This document shows, in pieces, positions 38,965 to 50,700 of a stretch of 64,000 nucleotides of DNA (position 1 is the stretch's first letter; the number at the start of each line of letters is the position of its first letter). The DNA is taken from NCBI GenBank assembly GCA_050084985.1, contig JBITNC010000001.1, positions 161,014,001 through 161,078,000 on the forward strand, in the 5' to 3' direction. The notes beneath the pieces are model-generated. The model was not told the origin of the DNA, made no database searches, and saw nothing but the letters and a program-made list of their open reading frames with translations. The stretch comes from Nageia nagi (Eukaryota; Plantae; Pinophyta). Position numbers and translations under genes: made by a program.

Positions 38965-39758
38965 TGTAATGACCCTATTTTTTATAATATCTTGTATTTG
39001 GGATTTTCCACAAATCTCTTCTTCTACAAGTCAAATATGGCCGTTGCACCTTCAAAATTGGATAGAGCATCTTGTGGCATTTGTTTTAAGTGGTCATACG
39101 ACCCCTTCTAGACAAGAAACAAAGGAGTTATGGCTACTTGAAGTTCGCCAGTGGACCAGTTTTCCATATCACGCCCACATACGAAAATCCACTTAACTTA
39201 GTGGATTTCTACTTGAAAGTGCAACATTGGATTATAATAAGCTTTTATGTTATTCTAATGTTATTTTAAGTACTTTTATTTGTAATAAAACCAATCAATG
39301 GCTTAGATTAGCTTAGAGAGGTCAATGCAAGATTAGGGTTGGAGTCTATATAAGAAGATGCACGCTCCATTTTGGGCATGTTATTAATATTATTGAAATT
39401 GAAATCTGAAACCCTTGAGTTTCCTTAAGTGAAGATTGAAGGTCTTGCTCACCCCAAAGTGCATTGAAGCTGCATGGTTGGGATCTTTGGCAATTTCATT
39501 GAAGGTGTGATTGCCCAAAAAACACAAAAATACAAAAATAGTCCCAAGGAGATTCGTGGCATCTTGGGGGTGTTATATTTGCATTTTGATGTTATTTTGT
39601 GGATGCCTTTGCTTATTCCAGCGCATGTATTGTCTTGCAATATTTTAATATATTCTCTTGGCTGGTTATTACTCATTTTAGGTGCCTTTTGAGTAATATT
39701 TCAGTTCTGTATTTTTTCTATACTTTTATTTCTGTAATTTCGTTTTTGGAACATTACA
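38965..39758 (+). repeat. 3' LTR of nested element (794 bp)
   Basis: Direct repeat of 34062-34844, preceded by PPT. Confidence 0.95.
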
Positions 39759-41828
39759 GATACCTTGACCGCAAATCTAATTTTGAAATGTATTTAGCCT
39801 CATGTAGTTCATCCAACAATTCATCAATCATAGAAATGGGAAATTTATCCTTCAATTTGATTTTGTTGAGAACTCTAAAGTTGATGCACATATGCCATGA
39901 CCCATCCTTTTTTCAAACTAGCAAGAATGGGAAAGAGTAGGGAATTAGCAAAATAGGATACTACCCTCGAGAGTGTATTAGCAAAATCCCAAAATATAGG
40001 TCCCAATGTCCGCAACCATTGAGCTCCTAGGACAACATCACACCCTCCTAATGGGAGTTCATACATGTCACTCTTCAAAATATAATCATCCATGGATAGT
40101 TGACATTGTGACACTTCCCTTTACATGCAATCTTGCCTCCATTACCGATCATCACTTCAAAGCTATTTTAAGGTTGTATATAGCAATTGGCCTATTTTGC
40201 CAACCTTAGGTCAATGAAATTGTGTGCACTTCTTGAATCAATAAGAATAACGAGATATTGTCACTTGAACTATCCTCGACAATTCATAGGTTGCGAAGAA
40301 GAAATTCCTGAAAGGGCATTAAAAGTAATTTCTAGAGTATCTTCATTGTGGTTATCAAGTTTATCCGCCACTTCGTCCACCGCTACCTCATCCTCCTCCG
40401 CTATTGAGTCACCAAGAACATCTGCATTCAACAAAGGCAACTTATGTGTTGCACATATATGGTTTGGCCCAAATGTTTCATCACAATTATAGAATAGGCC
40501 CTTCTCCATTCATCCTTCATTTCCTTTGGACTAAGTTGCTTAACTTGCAAGGATCAATTGGGTTTTGGAGTAGGCTGAAGAATATGTGATTTTTCGACTA
40601 GTTGCTTCCCATGTCAATGTTGAGCATTGAACTTATCTTCAACCAACTTACTTAGCCCAATGGCTTCCATCATGGTGTTGGGATTGAACATCTTCACTTC
40701 TACTCTGATTTCTTCCTTCGGGTTCCTAATGAAACAACTCTTGAAAAAGGATTCATCTAACCCTTTTGTGCGATTTGCAAGTTTCTCAAACTAAGTTTAA
40801 TATTTCTTCATTGATGTAGTTTGGTGCAATTTGGTTAGAGCTCCCATAAAATCTTCAAAATCACTTGGCCAAATCTAACCAATAATTTTTTTGTGAATTC
40901 CCCCTAATTAAGTGTGCCATTTATCTTTTCAAACCACTGGTACCATTGGATGGCTTCGTGCTCAAGATGGAATGATGCAATGTTGACTTTCCACGCCCCA
41001 AGGATCTAGTTCAATGAGAAATATTGTTCCAATCAATAAATCCAACCGGTTGGTTCATCACTAACAAATTTCGAAAAACCTAACATGGTTGTTCTTGGAA
41101 AAATGAATGCTTGTTGAGGAGCATGGTGCATTTGTTGTATTTGTCCTATAAACTATTGTGAACCCGAACCTAATGTGTTTTGAGACTATGTTTTGGCATT
41201 TGATTGTGCCACTTGTTGGACTAGTGCCAAATTCTTGTTCAAGGCTTCATATTTGGCATTTAAGCTCGCTGTTCTTGTCTCCATGTTGTCAAAGGTATTT
41301 TTGAGGTTGACTTGAAGCAACATATCATTGATCTACTTAATCTCATGGGCCAATTTTTCCAAGTCTTGAGATCTTTCGTCGGCCATCTACATGGAATTTA
41401 GCTACCAAAAAAAATTTGTCAAAATGTGTCAAGTTCGAGCTTACAATTTTTAGAAAAATGTTATTTTTTAGAAACCGAAGAATTGTATGGACAATATATA
41501 TCAAAACAATCAGCTCAAAAAGACAGTTGTAATGGGCTAGGTCTCAAAAAGATGATTTTTTTTAAATGAGCATGCAAAAGGAGGAAGGCTTTCAAAATGG
41601 TGGATTTCACAAAACAAGTAGATCAAATACAATCCAAAACCCTACACAGTGAAAATTTCGACTTAAGATTTTTTACTAACAAGGTTCAAAACACAAACCC
41701 AATATACCAAAATGATCGGGTTGATAATGGGTATCACAATATGATCTCGGAATTTGATTTGGAGATATAGAGACATATTTCCGAAAAAAAAAATGGCAAA
41801 GTTTTGTTTCATAAATAGAGTTAACAAT

Positions 41829-41931
41829 TCTTGGTCTTCAACATATCTTGGTCTTCAAGAGTTGCTTGGTCTTCAACAGTGATCCTAGTCTTCAAAATAG
41901 ATCTTGGTCTTCAAGAATTCTTGGTTTTCAA
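41829..41931. repeat. Short tandem array of tcttggtcttcaa (~6 copies) in the chromovirus 5' leader
   Basis: Directly visible next to the PBS. Confidence 0.8.
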
Positions 41932-41964
41932 CCACAATTGCCAAGATTGAGCTCTGATACCAAT

Positions 41965-42374
41965 TCTTAGTAACCCAAAAATCCATAAAAGAAAATTTAT
42001 CACAAACAACTTCAATATACAGAAATAACAATAGAGCTTCGTGATTTAAATAGAACATACATCAAAGCATTATGATTCATAATTGCAAGAATATACCAGA
42101 ATAAGATAACTTTATTGAATGGCAATACGAATCGTAGGCTGCTTCAAGGGGACTTCCTCCTTAGAGCTCAAAAGACAAATATTTTCTCCAAGACGTTATC
42201 TCTACTCCTCTTACACATATTGAAAGTGATACTACCCTAACCGTAATTGGCGGTTCATTACGAAATGGCGATTCACCTTACAAAAATATGATGATTCACA
42301 TTACATGTTGGTACAGGCCAATAATTAATTAAACTACTAATAATAATTAAATGATAGGATAAGGGATCCTAACA
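41965..42374 (-). repeat. 5' LTR of host chromovirus (410 bp)
   Basis: Similar to 31445-31810; adjacent to PBS; outer end gatcctaaca is complementary to tgttagga. Confidence 0.85.
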
Positions 42375-42815
42375 AAGAGATAAATAGTGACATGTAATGT
42401 AAATCTAGCAAGGTGGCAAAAGCGACTACATCATCTAAAGTTAATTAAATTACCTTACAACCTTATTGCATGTCATAAATTACATGTTAAACCAAAGCTT
42501 GGTTGTCAAGGTACATTAACAAAAACATAGATCAAATACTAAAGTGTGTGTAAGTGACCAATAAGTTGCTTAGGTAAGTATGTATATGAGGTTATTAACT
42601 TATTATATGAGGTAGTTATGATTATCAATGTATATTTATAAAAACTTCTATCATAGAGTCTACTCTAAGTATGTAACCAATAAGTTGCTTTGGTGAAACC
42701 ATCCCAAGACGCTAGCTTAGATTCTAACCTCTCCTACCCATTGCCCAAAACATAGCTCTTTAAAAGGTCATTGGACGAGGTAGTTAGCACAAATATGAAT
42801 CTATAATGCTAGATA

Positions 42816-42889
42816 AAACATCAAGTTATATAAGAAGGTACGGAAAAGGTAAACATCAAGTTATATAAGAAGGTACGGAAAAGGTAAAC
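42816..42889. repeat. Perfect 35-bp tandem duplication
   Basis: aaacatcaagttatataagaaggtacggaaaaggt x2. Confidence 0.95.
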
Positions 42890-43819
42890 TAAATCCCCTC
42901 TTCTAGAAAAGCTTAACACCTGGAGGGATCACTAGAAATCTCAATTTGATTATAGAAACCTTCTTTCTTGATCCAACTTCTTTCAAAAATGTTTACAAAA
43001 GATCGAGCATCTTGTGAACAACATCAAGAAACATGCTTCACAATGTGACATCTAAATTTTGTTGTTTGAAAAAAATCATTTGACTTTAATCGCCCATATC
43101 TTTTATAAGTTTGATTAGCAAATGTTTAGAAATTTGTCATCAAAATGGAGTACCCTAACCACTATAAGAATGTTTTCCAATAACAATTTGGTCTAAATCT
43201 GAAGTAATAGTAATACATTGCAGGGAAAGAAATTTGTGATGTACTCTAAGCAAAACAATGAAAGAATTCACACTATATATATGCAAATAACTAGAAATAA
43301 ATAACATGAGGTTTGGCACCAATTGAGAGGCTCTCTTTTTGTATTTGAGCAAAAAAGTATTTTGACTAGGTAATCTATATCTTGCCTAAAAAGAAGATGT
43401 CGTGCAAGCGATATCAGGCATAGAAGAGTCCCAAAGAGGTCGCACATTTTAGAAGATGGTCTCCCATTGTTTCGAACCGAAGCTGAAGCCCCGCAAGAAA
43501 TATCATGTAACGGAAGCTTTTTGTATAAGCTACTATTGCTATTGAATATCTTAATTTGTGGATACAGGTTTTGGGTGCCTATCTAAAAACCCCTCTTTTT
43601 TTACCATTTACAAAAAAAAAAAAAAAAACAATCTTGCCTAAAAAAATCTTAAATTTTTAAAGTGAATTGTGTAACTTCATCTTTGAAGGTAGCTTTATAC
43701 CTTGTTTTCCATAAGAAACAATGCCCACGCAACATTCTCAGTTTTTGTTGGAATCATCAAAGCATCACCTAGTTGATTGTTTGAGATTCTCACTTGTTGC
43801 AGCCAACTGTTAACTAATA

Positions 43820-43985
43820 AACCTTGATGCAGTCCCACAAGGAAGCTCGGATACTATTTATGTGGAAATAATTGCTTTTTGCAATGTGGTTTATAAGATC
43901 TTCACCAAAAATTATAGTAGATCAACTACATCCACAACTAGACCTCCTTATCTTCACAAAGCAGGAAAGATTTGTTGGGGACAGC
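43820..43985 (+). pseudogene. LINE RT fragment
   Basis: IAFCNVVYKIFTK / IIVDQLHPQLDLLIFTKQERFVG (cf. PISLCNVVYKIITKILANRL...IS.EQ.GFV), frameshifted. Confidence 0.65.
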
Positions 43986-44209
43986 CCAAGAAGCGTATAT
44001 TGTATGGCCTCTCAAAAGGAACCAGCTATGAGCATTGCACTAAAAACGGAAACCTTGAAAAAGGAGTACAACATTAAATTTAAATCAAAATTTTGCAAGT
44101 TAAATAAAACAAATAACATTAAAGTATTTTAACAACCTTAGAAATACTAGCAAAGAAGGACTCTAACAAGCCTAAAAATACTAACAAATATATAGGAAAG
44201 TTATTATAT

Positions 44210-44460
44210 GATTTATTTATTTGTTATGTGATCAAGAAGCAAACTATTCTAGGAAACCAGGAAACCACTCACGGCCATCAATAGGGTAAAATTTTTAATG
44301 TCTTCACTATCCATCTGACTGTTGTGGATAGTAGTACAATGATAGCCATATTATCACAAACTTGTAATCAAGTTACGATACAATGAAACAACTAGTGTGA
44401 TTTGAATCTGGGACCTCCTGTAGCTGAATCAAAATATTAACCAATGCATTATCTTCATCA
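44210..44460 (-). mobile_element. Possible degenerate tRNA-derived SINE
   Basis: Minus strand gcattggttaa...gaggtcccagattcaaatc (box A/B-like) with an A-rich tail at ~44210-44225. Confidence 0.35.
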
Positions 44461-45082
44461 ATACATAAATATTGACACTGACAAACCTAAACTAATTTAA
44501 ATTGGAGAAAGAAAAATAATAAACCTTATTCATCCACACAATATGAAATTGAATATAACTTAATTTAATATAATTAATTAAAGATACAATATCTTCATAA
44601 AAAACTTGTAGCCATTGTCAAATGAACTAGTATAAACAATCATACCACGCAATAAAGATAGACTAAACTAAACATCTCAGATTTTAATTGGAAAGATGAT
44701 ATAATGATAGTGAGTTGGAATGTTTTCAATTGTACATTCAATGTGTTATTATTTTAGTGATCATCAATCTGAGAGAAATTATGTTTGAGGATTAAAATCG
44801 AATGAAAAATAATTCTAGGACAATTGACAAATGAAAAATGAAAGATTTGTACATAGGTCTTTAGTTTAGTTATAAATTGTGGAGACTTAAGCCCAGCAAC
44901 ACGGTTTACAAAACTGAACAAGTTTATGTTGTAACCCCCTGTGGACTGAATAGCTTTCCCTTAGCAGTAGGGCATGGTTATATTTGGACTGAATCTTGAT
45001 CAAATTAGAAAGAAGAAACTCAACCAAAGGAAGTCCCTGAATCCTAGCTCTAGCTCTACAAATAAAAAGGAAAAGAGACTAC

Positions 45083-45275
45083 CTCCATGCTGATCTTGAA
45101 GCTGAAGGTGCAAAAAGGGCGAATAAGAGTTGTCTGCCAGAACACGTTTGAACTTCCTCTGGGGCTTCTCAGATGTAAGTGCTGAAGTTTTCTTTCGACG
45201 ATAAATGGCGTATGTGCATATTGCTATTGAAACCGCTGCAACACAAGTTACTGTGAAGACGAATCTGCCCTCCAT
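45083..45275 (-). CDS. RRP6L3: RRP6-like 3 exoribonuclease, coding exon 1 (64 codons + 1 nt)
   Basis: ATG at 45275; translates MEGRFVFTVTCVAAVSIAICTYAIYRRKK...EKPQRKFKRVLADNSYSPFLHL. The KPQxxFKRVLADNSYSPFxHL motif is typical of plant RRP6L3. GT donor at 45082; phase 1 matches exon 2. Confidence 0.9.
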
Positions 45276-45882
45276 GGCTAGATCTCCTGCTCAGCTGATA
45301 TGTTTCCCTGCATATAACTGTAATTACCAAATACAATTTTAGTTCAATCAAATGCTTACCTTTGAAATTCTACAGTTTTTGAGTATTTAAACTTATTAAA
45401 CATATATATTAGAAAACTATGAGATGGTTACAAGACGCATTGCATATGGTAAGTTCATTGTTTATGTTCGAATGTGAATGGAAGTAGATGATTTTGTTTG
45501 AATTCTAACCTTTATATTATAAGGTTTTATGTAGTATATGCTATCGATACCGGTATTGTTTTTATCTAGAATTGGTTAAAAAAATATTTTTTTACAGTAG
45601 TTCTATTAATGTCTCTTTCAGTAGGTTTAATATCTCAATAATCAATGAAAATTATTTTATTGAGGTTAAATTGAAGGAGAATACAATATATCAAAATCAA
45701 AATTAGCATCATCAAACATAAATTAATGATAATAATAAAAGTGATTCAAACATTTTAATCATGATATGGTTTCATTGAGATTAAAATATAAGTAGAATAA
45801 AAATATTAAAATCAAAATTAATATCAAATATAAATTAATAATAAGAAGAAAGGATAATAACAAAGGTGATCTATCTATAAGC

Positions 45883-46241
45883 AATTTTGGTTAAAATGTT
45901 CAATGTAAAAAAATCAATAAGAGATTAAAAAGGAAACATAAGTAGTAATAATACTCAACTAAAAAATACATATTCAACATACTCAACCCAATAAGGTATT
46001 TTCAAGAGCTCGAAACTAGTAATCGATTACTAGAGTATTAAAATAACATTAAATCCTAAAAGTTTTATGTAAGAACGTTTCGCATGAATAATAAAGCCTA
46101 ATATATAAAATTTTGGTTAAAAATTCCAATGTAGAGAAATCAATAAGAGGTTAAAAAGGAAACATAAGTTATAAAAATACTCAACAAGAAAAATACATTT
46201 TCAACATACTCAGTCCAACATCGTATTTTTAAGAGCTCAAA
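45883..46241. repeat. Imperfect ~133-bp direct duplication upstream of RRP6L3 (45883-46015 / 46109-46241)
   Basis: aattttggttaaaa...aatcaataagag...aaaaaggaaacataagt...caacatactca...aagagctc in both copies. Confidence 0.8.
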
Positions 46242-46299
46242 AATATTTGTAATTAATAACTATATTATTCCTTTACATAAGAGAAGTTTCACATGAACA

Positions 46300-47260
46300 A
46301 TAAATTGTAATTCAATATCTAATTGCATTTGCTAAAGAAATGAATAGAGTGGTAAAGGCTTTAAGGCCAAAAAAAATTAATAAGGAAGTTGGATCCCTAT
46401 ATCCAATTTAATAAATGCTTTATATGATTATAATTAATTCTCAAAACCATTGGCTTCATTTTAAGTAGACATTACTCTGATAGAAATTTAATCTTTAAGA
46501 AAAGAGGTGCAAGATAAAGTTACATAGGTTTGTAACAAATAATATTGAAGAAATTAAAGATATATATAAATTAAAATGTAGGAAGTTAACTAGGAAAAAA
46601 TGAACATGGGTAAAAAAATTAATCTTATGATAACTTTAGAGTCTAAAATATCACTTTTATAGAGGTAAATGATGAAGATATACATATAGAATATGAATGG
46701 CCTTAATGGCATGTCCCAAAAGAAACTTAGTATCATTAAAAGAGTAATTTTGATAATAAAACCACATATGTTTTATCTATAGAAAATAAAATTATATATT
46801 AAGGAGATGAAAAGGTTTGGGAATAACCTTTAGCCAAGATGTGAAATATCTATTATTAGGATAAATGAGACCTGCATACCTTTTTGGTCATTTTGCATTA
46901 GTCATAAATACTTAAGTAAATACCCCAAAGGTGCTTGTATGTATAAGTTGTTGGAGAGAATAATTTATATAGCTATTTTGTATCAATATTTATGGATGTC
47001 TTTTAATGAAAAGAAAGCAAGTCCACTTGAGGACTATTCAATTTCACAAACAATAAATTCCTTTGTGTCACTTATTTCTTAGACATGACTTTAATGTAAT
47101 ATATCCCTATAAGAGATATTAGAAGGTTCCAATGAATTAGAACCATTAATAGATCTTGTGAGTTAAAATATAATCTATCTCAAGTTATTAATTGCTCTCC
47201 AAAAATATGGACCAATAACATTGATAAATTGAAGATGAGTATAAGCGAATATTATCGAGA
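46300..47260 (-). pseudogene. Very degraded LINE ORF2 remnant
   Basis: Minus-strand traces resembling endonuclease INVYGPY (~47200) and RT QGDPLSP (~46390). Confidence 0.35.
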
Positions 47261-47705
47261 GGTTGGTTCACTTTTGAAAAGTTGATAACTAGCTTAATAT
47301 TTTATATTGAAATCATTCATTCATAGTAACACTTATTTTAGTCATTGGCAAATTTCTTATCTCATAATCTCTCAATAAACTCCGCCACCTTTTGTATTTC
47401 AACTTATGTATAAGAGATAAGAGATTTCATAGCTTAATAGGGTAGTGGTGGATGGATGAACATCCTCACTATGGTACACTCATGCATTGCTTCCATACAT
47501 AGCTACAATATTTAAAAATAAACTTAAAAGTTTGGAACATTAAGAACTTTGAAAAATCATAAATTTATCCAATCCCATCAAATTCACAACTTCGTTATCT
47601 TTATAATTAACAAATGGAGATGTTTTACCATCCTATAAAGGTGTGCAAAGCTTGATTATTAATTATTTCTTAATCTCTTCTCAAAAGCCCCTCTCGAAAA
47701 TACAA

Positions 47706-50700
47706 TGTAATCCCCATTTTTATGGTGTTTCCCGTACTTCACCATTAGAAAGTGGGAACAATAAGTTAATTAGGTTTATTTTACTTAGTTTTAGTATTTT
47801 AATAGTAATTCAACCCCTTGTTTGTAAGTTCAACATTGAGGATTAATTCTTTACTCCAATTATAGGATTTTAGGCCTTTTTAGTACAATTAGGAGTGATT
47901 TAATATTTTAATATTCCAATAATGATGTAATAAAATGTTGGAATGTATAATGCATTATTGTAAAGTTTTGTAAGGTTCTTCTTGTAAATTCATCAATACT
48001 TAAAGGTATCTCTAGATACCTTAAGTATTTAAGTGAATATGATAATTTAACTTATCATACACTCCTCATGAGCATGCCCCTTGAGTAAAAGGATGAAGCA
48101 TGTCATATCTTTGTACAATGGTTAAAATAGGATCTAAGAGAGGATTTTGGCCTATAAATAAAAGGTCCTCTCCTTGTGATCACTCACCAAAATGTGAAGC
48201 AAAGTTATGCTCTAGGATTAGTGTTAGGAGAGGAAGAAAGAGGTCTTATAAGAGAGTTATCTTTGTGAATGAGAAAGATCTTAGTTACTGGATGTACTCT
48301 CTTGTATGGGAGAAACCACTTTATATGTGTGTCAAATTTGTAAGATTGGCTATTGTGTTTATACTTTTAGTATTAATGTTTGAGAGAGCTTTCATATAAT
48401 CTTTGGGCATATAGGAATTGGTTCTTTGGTCTTAATTATTCTCATTTGGTATCAAGAGCTTGGTGTGAAGGCTTCTCTTCAACATTGTTTTCAAGATTCA
48501 TCCCACTCCTTCCATCTACTTTGGTGAGGTAAAAGATTTGAAGGTATAATTTGTTTTCTCCTCCTCCCTTCAAGACTATTTTTACCTCATGAATTACTAA
48601 CATTGTCATGTATTAGTTGCTTTTTTTTTGAAATTTTGCTTACATGTTATTGCTATGCAAATTTTTTTACTAACACTATTTTATTAGTTACATTTTTTTA
48701 TAAAATTGTTTAAGATATAGCAATAATATGTTATAGTTTAAAAGAGCAATTTTAAAAAATATTAAATTTTTACGATAAATATTTTGTAGAATTGTAAAAA
48801 AATAGGGGGTTGTAATTTTTTTACAAAAGATATTTTTTTTAAATTTCGTAATGTATATTTTTTACCAGAAAAAAGGGAGTTTTTTTTAATCTTTAAATAC
48901 AAAAAATGTAATTTTCTTTGCGAAATGGTTTTTATGAGGAGGCTTTTTTTTGGAACCTTTTTAATATCTAAATATAATAAAAAACTTATTATGTACATCC
49001 ATCTAAGATTTTAAAAAAGGAGGAAGACATTTATATGAAAAACATATAAAATAATGTTTGGATTATAAAACATTTATTTGGAAGTTTGTTTCTGCAATCT
49101 ATAATATTTTTATAAATAAAAGGGGAGGCCATTTGGTCCTTAGCCCCATTGGGCCACCTTAGGCCACTCCTGTCGGTGCACATATAGCAATCAAAGTTGT
49201 TTACCCACCAACTTTCACCACCTATGTGTTGATTGTCACGAATCCTAGCAATTGCACCATTTCACCTCCCTCCATCGGCCATCCATCTACTCTATGACTC
49301 ATCTCTTCATCGCCTAATCTCAAAGTGCCATTATGTATGGCCTACCTTACATGCCAATCTCTTATCGACCTAGCTCACATAGTGACATCGACCCCCAGTC
49401 CCTCCACCTACAACCCTTTCATCATCTGGCTTTCATTTGCATCTCCTTTGATGGAATGCTAATTGCCACACTGGCCCCTCCACTGACCTTGAACACCCTT
49501 TGCTCTAGTGTGTGGATTGACACCTATTCTCCTCTCATCAGCTTCTTTGCTTGGCCTAACCACCCGCTCCTCTACCCAACTTCACCACATAATTCCTTAA
49601 GGCCTAACAACATGCCCTTCCACTCCCACTCCCATGCCTATATACTTGTAACAAGATCAATCTTTAAAGAAGGGAGGACATGCATTATTATTTAGGATAG
49701 AGTGGAGTGTGCATCTTCCTCTTCTCTTTAATTCCTTGTAGGATGGAAGATATAGTCTTTTAATTTTTTTTTTATTTGTTATTCTCCATAGAGGCATTTG
49801 TTTTCAAAACCCATGAAGGGGAGACTTTTTTTATTAACTCATTCTTTTTGGGGAGGATTAATAATTATTTAATTTTTGGAGATTTAACTTGTGATTATGA
49901 TGGCATTTTCTTTCCACAAAGAAAATTATGGATAAATGAGATCATGGGGGTATAATTTTTTTATGAAAGAGTAATTTATTTTTCTCCTCAAGATTTAAAT
50001 AAGCATTTGTTAAAATTCATTCTTTAATAGGTTTAAACATTTTTTTATGCCTTTTAGGATGAATAATTTATGGCAATTTTTTTAAAATATTAAAAAGGGG
50101 AATAATTTTTATTTAGATAAGCATTGATTTTAAGTAAAAAAAAGGGGGGGGGGGGGAGGGGGGGAATATTTTTACCTAAAAAAATAATTTATTTTTAAAA
50201 TGCCTGTAATTGTGAACATTAAATGTGGAGTTATGTTCACTTTAGAATTTTTTTTTTGAATTTTATCCTTAGAAATTTTTAACGTTAAGGTAAAATTGCA
50301 AGGGAGTGAAATTTTTTGAGAATTATTTTGTTTCCTTAGTGTTAATTTTTTCTAAGGTCAAATTGCAAAGGGGATGTTTAATATTTTTACTATGGAAAAA
50401 TGTGGCATTTTTTTCCTTAATGTTAAATGTAAAATTTCTAAAGAAGGATGAATATTTTTGGCATTAAAATAAGGGAAAGTATGCTCCCTAAAATGAACAC
50501 ATTCGCATGTATATTTTGCATCATGACTTGTTTAGGGAGCCACAAGGTGAGGATAAGGTAGACTGGAGCCTTCAGTCTGATGATCCAAATGGTGAAAAGT
50601 CAATACTTCTTAATTGTTCCTAATTCCTTTGTTGGTCTAGACATAACTCCATATAGGTGGACATGCATGTGTGTAGTGATACCACATGTCCTTCCATCCA

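Larger units (their letters stand above)
34062..39758 (+). mobile_element. Structurally intact non-autonomous LTR retroelement (5697 bp) inserted in host RT; TSD GATAC
   Basis: LTRs 34062-34844 and 38965-39758 (TGTAATG...CATTACA, ~94-95% identical by eye over the first 300 bp); PBS-like tggtataagagg at 34847; PPT gagaagggtgga at ~38951; perfect TSD gatac (34057-34061 / 39759-39763); no RT, RH or INT motifs seen inside. Confidence 0.93.
31445..42374 (-). mobile_element. Ty3/gypsy chromovirus (Reina-like), degraded, interrupted by a nested LTR element
   Basis: LTR pair 41965-42374 and 31445-~31810; PBS tggtatcagagc (41962-41951, tRNA-iMet); gag (KGLFYNCDETFGPNHIC), PR (CDVVLGAQWLRTLGP), RT (KLDLRSRY|[13 protein letters not shown]), RH (IESDASRVGIGAVLMQ), INT and GPY/F motif (KLAPKFYWPYKI); flanks aggaa/aagag are only a degenerate TSD. 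Lineage assignment is inferred. Confidence 0.88.

Noticed and set aside
50143-50164. G-run as a functional G-quadruplex
   Set aside because: Simple homopolymer expansion in a decayed copia leader; no supporting evidence.
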